Made by a program: the position numbers and the translations under genes. DNA of 64,000 bases from Opitutales bacterium (GTDB taxonomy: Bacteria; Verrucomicrobiota; Verrucomicrobiia; Opitutales; UBA2987): the NCBI GenBank assembly GCA_021772535.1, contig JAJFLV010000234.1:8483-72482 (forward strand), written 5' to 3'. Shown one piece after another: positions 63,826 to 64,000 of the stretch. Each line of letters starts with the position of its first letter. The first letter of the stretch is position 1. The notes under the pieces are model-generated. The model was not told the DNA's origin, did not search any database, and saw nothing but the letters and a program-made list of their open reading frames with translations.

Positions 63826-64000
63826 TTAAGACTTATAGGGCACTCCCAAAGCGCCGGGCGGGGCGGCTCGTCGGCGCATGGCGACAAAAACGACCAAGGT
63901 TAAAAGGTAAGGCATGGCCTGGAAAAATTGGTAGGGAATAGTGATCCCGGAAACAGCCTGCAGCCGTAATTGCAAGGCGTAAAAGAAACCGAACAAAAGC
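63826..64000 (-). CDS. ABC transporter permease, C-terminal fragment (N-terminus beyond the window; not in ORF track)
   Basis: Hand translation gives ..LLFGFFYALQLRLQAVSGITIPYQFFQAMPYLLTLVVFVAMRRRAAPPGALGVPYKS*, with TAA at 63828-63826. It is hydrophobic, and its PxALGxPY end is typical of CUT2/BMP-type permeases. Confidence 0.6.
   Translation of the reverse strand, partial: LLFGFFYALQLRLQAVSGITIPYQFFQAMPYLLTLVVFVAMRRRAAPPGALGVPYKS

Overview
This is a 64-kb bacterial chromosomal window with about 50% GC by eye. The gene content suggests a PVC-group organism such as a verrucomicrobium, but that is inference only, since no search could be run. The supporting signs are RCC1/CARDB giant exoproteins, ileS-dksA-like-lspA synteny, PmoA-family and Gfo/Idh/MocA genes, and Trp-rich modules on secreted enzymes.

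Left third (1-20969, all minus strand): a pilM/pilN/pilO/pilP-like/secretin block runs with almost no spacing into two paralogous giant signal-peptide proteins. One is about 2110 aa and the other is at least 3240 aa in the window. The larger one (1-9721) is absent from the supplied ORF track because it has no in-window stop. I recovered it by hand translation. It is built from a 7-blade RCC1 propeller, CARDB-like Ig units, and a recurring lectin-like W-[FY]-[GA]-Q module. The units form a super-repeat with an exact 2409-nt period. This secretin-coupled giant-protein locus is my top candidate for an undescribed system.

Middle:
- Small ribosomal genes: rpsT and an unlisted 32-aa bS22-like micro-ORF.
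- A degenerate RluA-like gene, oxidoreductases and a TPR protein.
- An envelope cluster: M48 lipoprotein protease, DUF3179, two TlpA-like thioredoxins (one fused to an outer-membrane beta-barrel) and a DUF4266-like lipoprotein.
- HAD phosphatase, class II aldolase, a PmoA-family protein, an aldo/keto reductase, tRNA-Ala(GGC), an ankyrin protein and a Gfo/Idh/MocA-AKR fusion.
- A secreted nucleosidase, an FGE-family enzyme, gpmI, a Ca/Na antiporter, and ileS with a DksA-like gene and lspA.
- Three unrelated secreted enzymes share a roughly 90-aa Trp-rich module.

Right third:
- A tandemly duplicated PAS/hybrid histidine kinase. One copy is interrupted only by two in-frame CAA->TAA changes.
- pyrR-pyrB-pyrC, followed by two non-canonical transcarbamylases (an ATCase-like paralog lacking Asp-binding residues, and a short YgeW-like enzyme) plus carbamate kinase.
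- A UbiD-family decarboxylase with UbiX, and a CUT2-type ABC importer.

I recognised no transposase, integrase, phage gene or CRISPR array.
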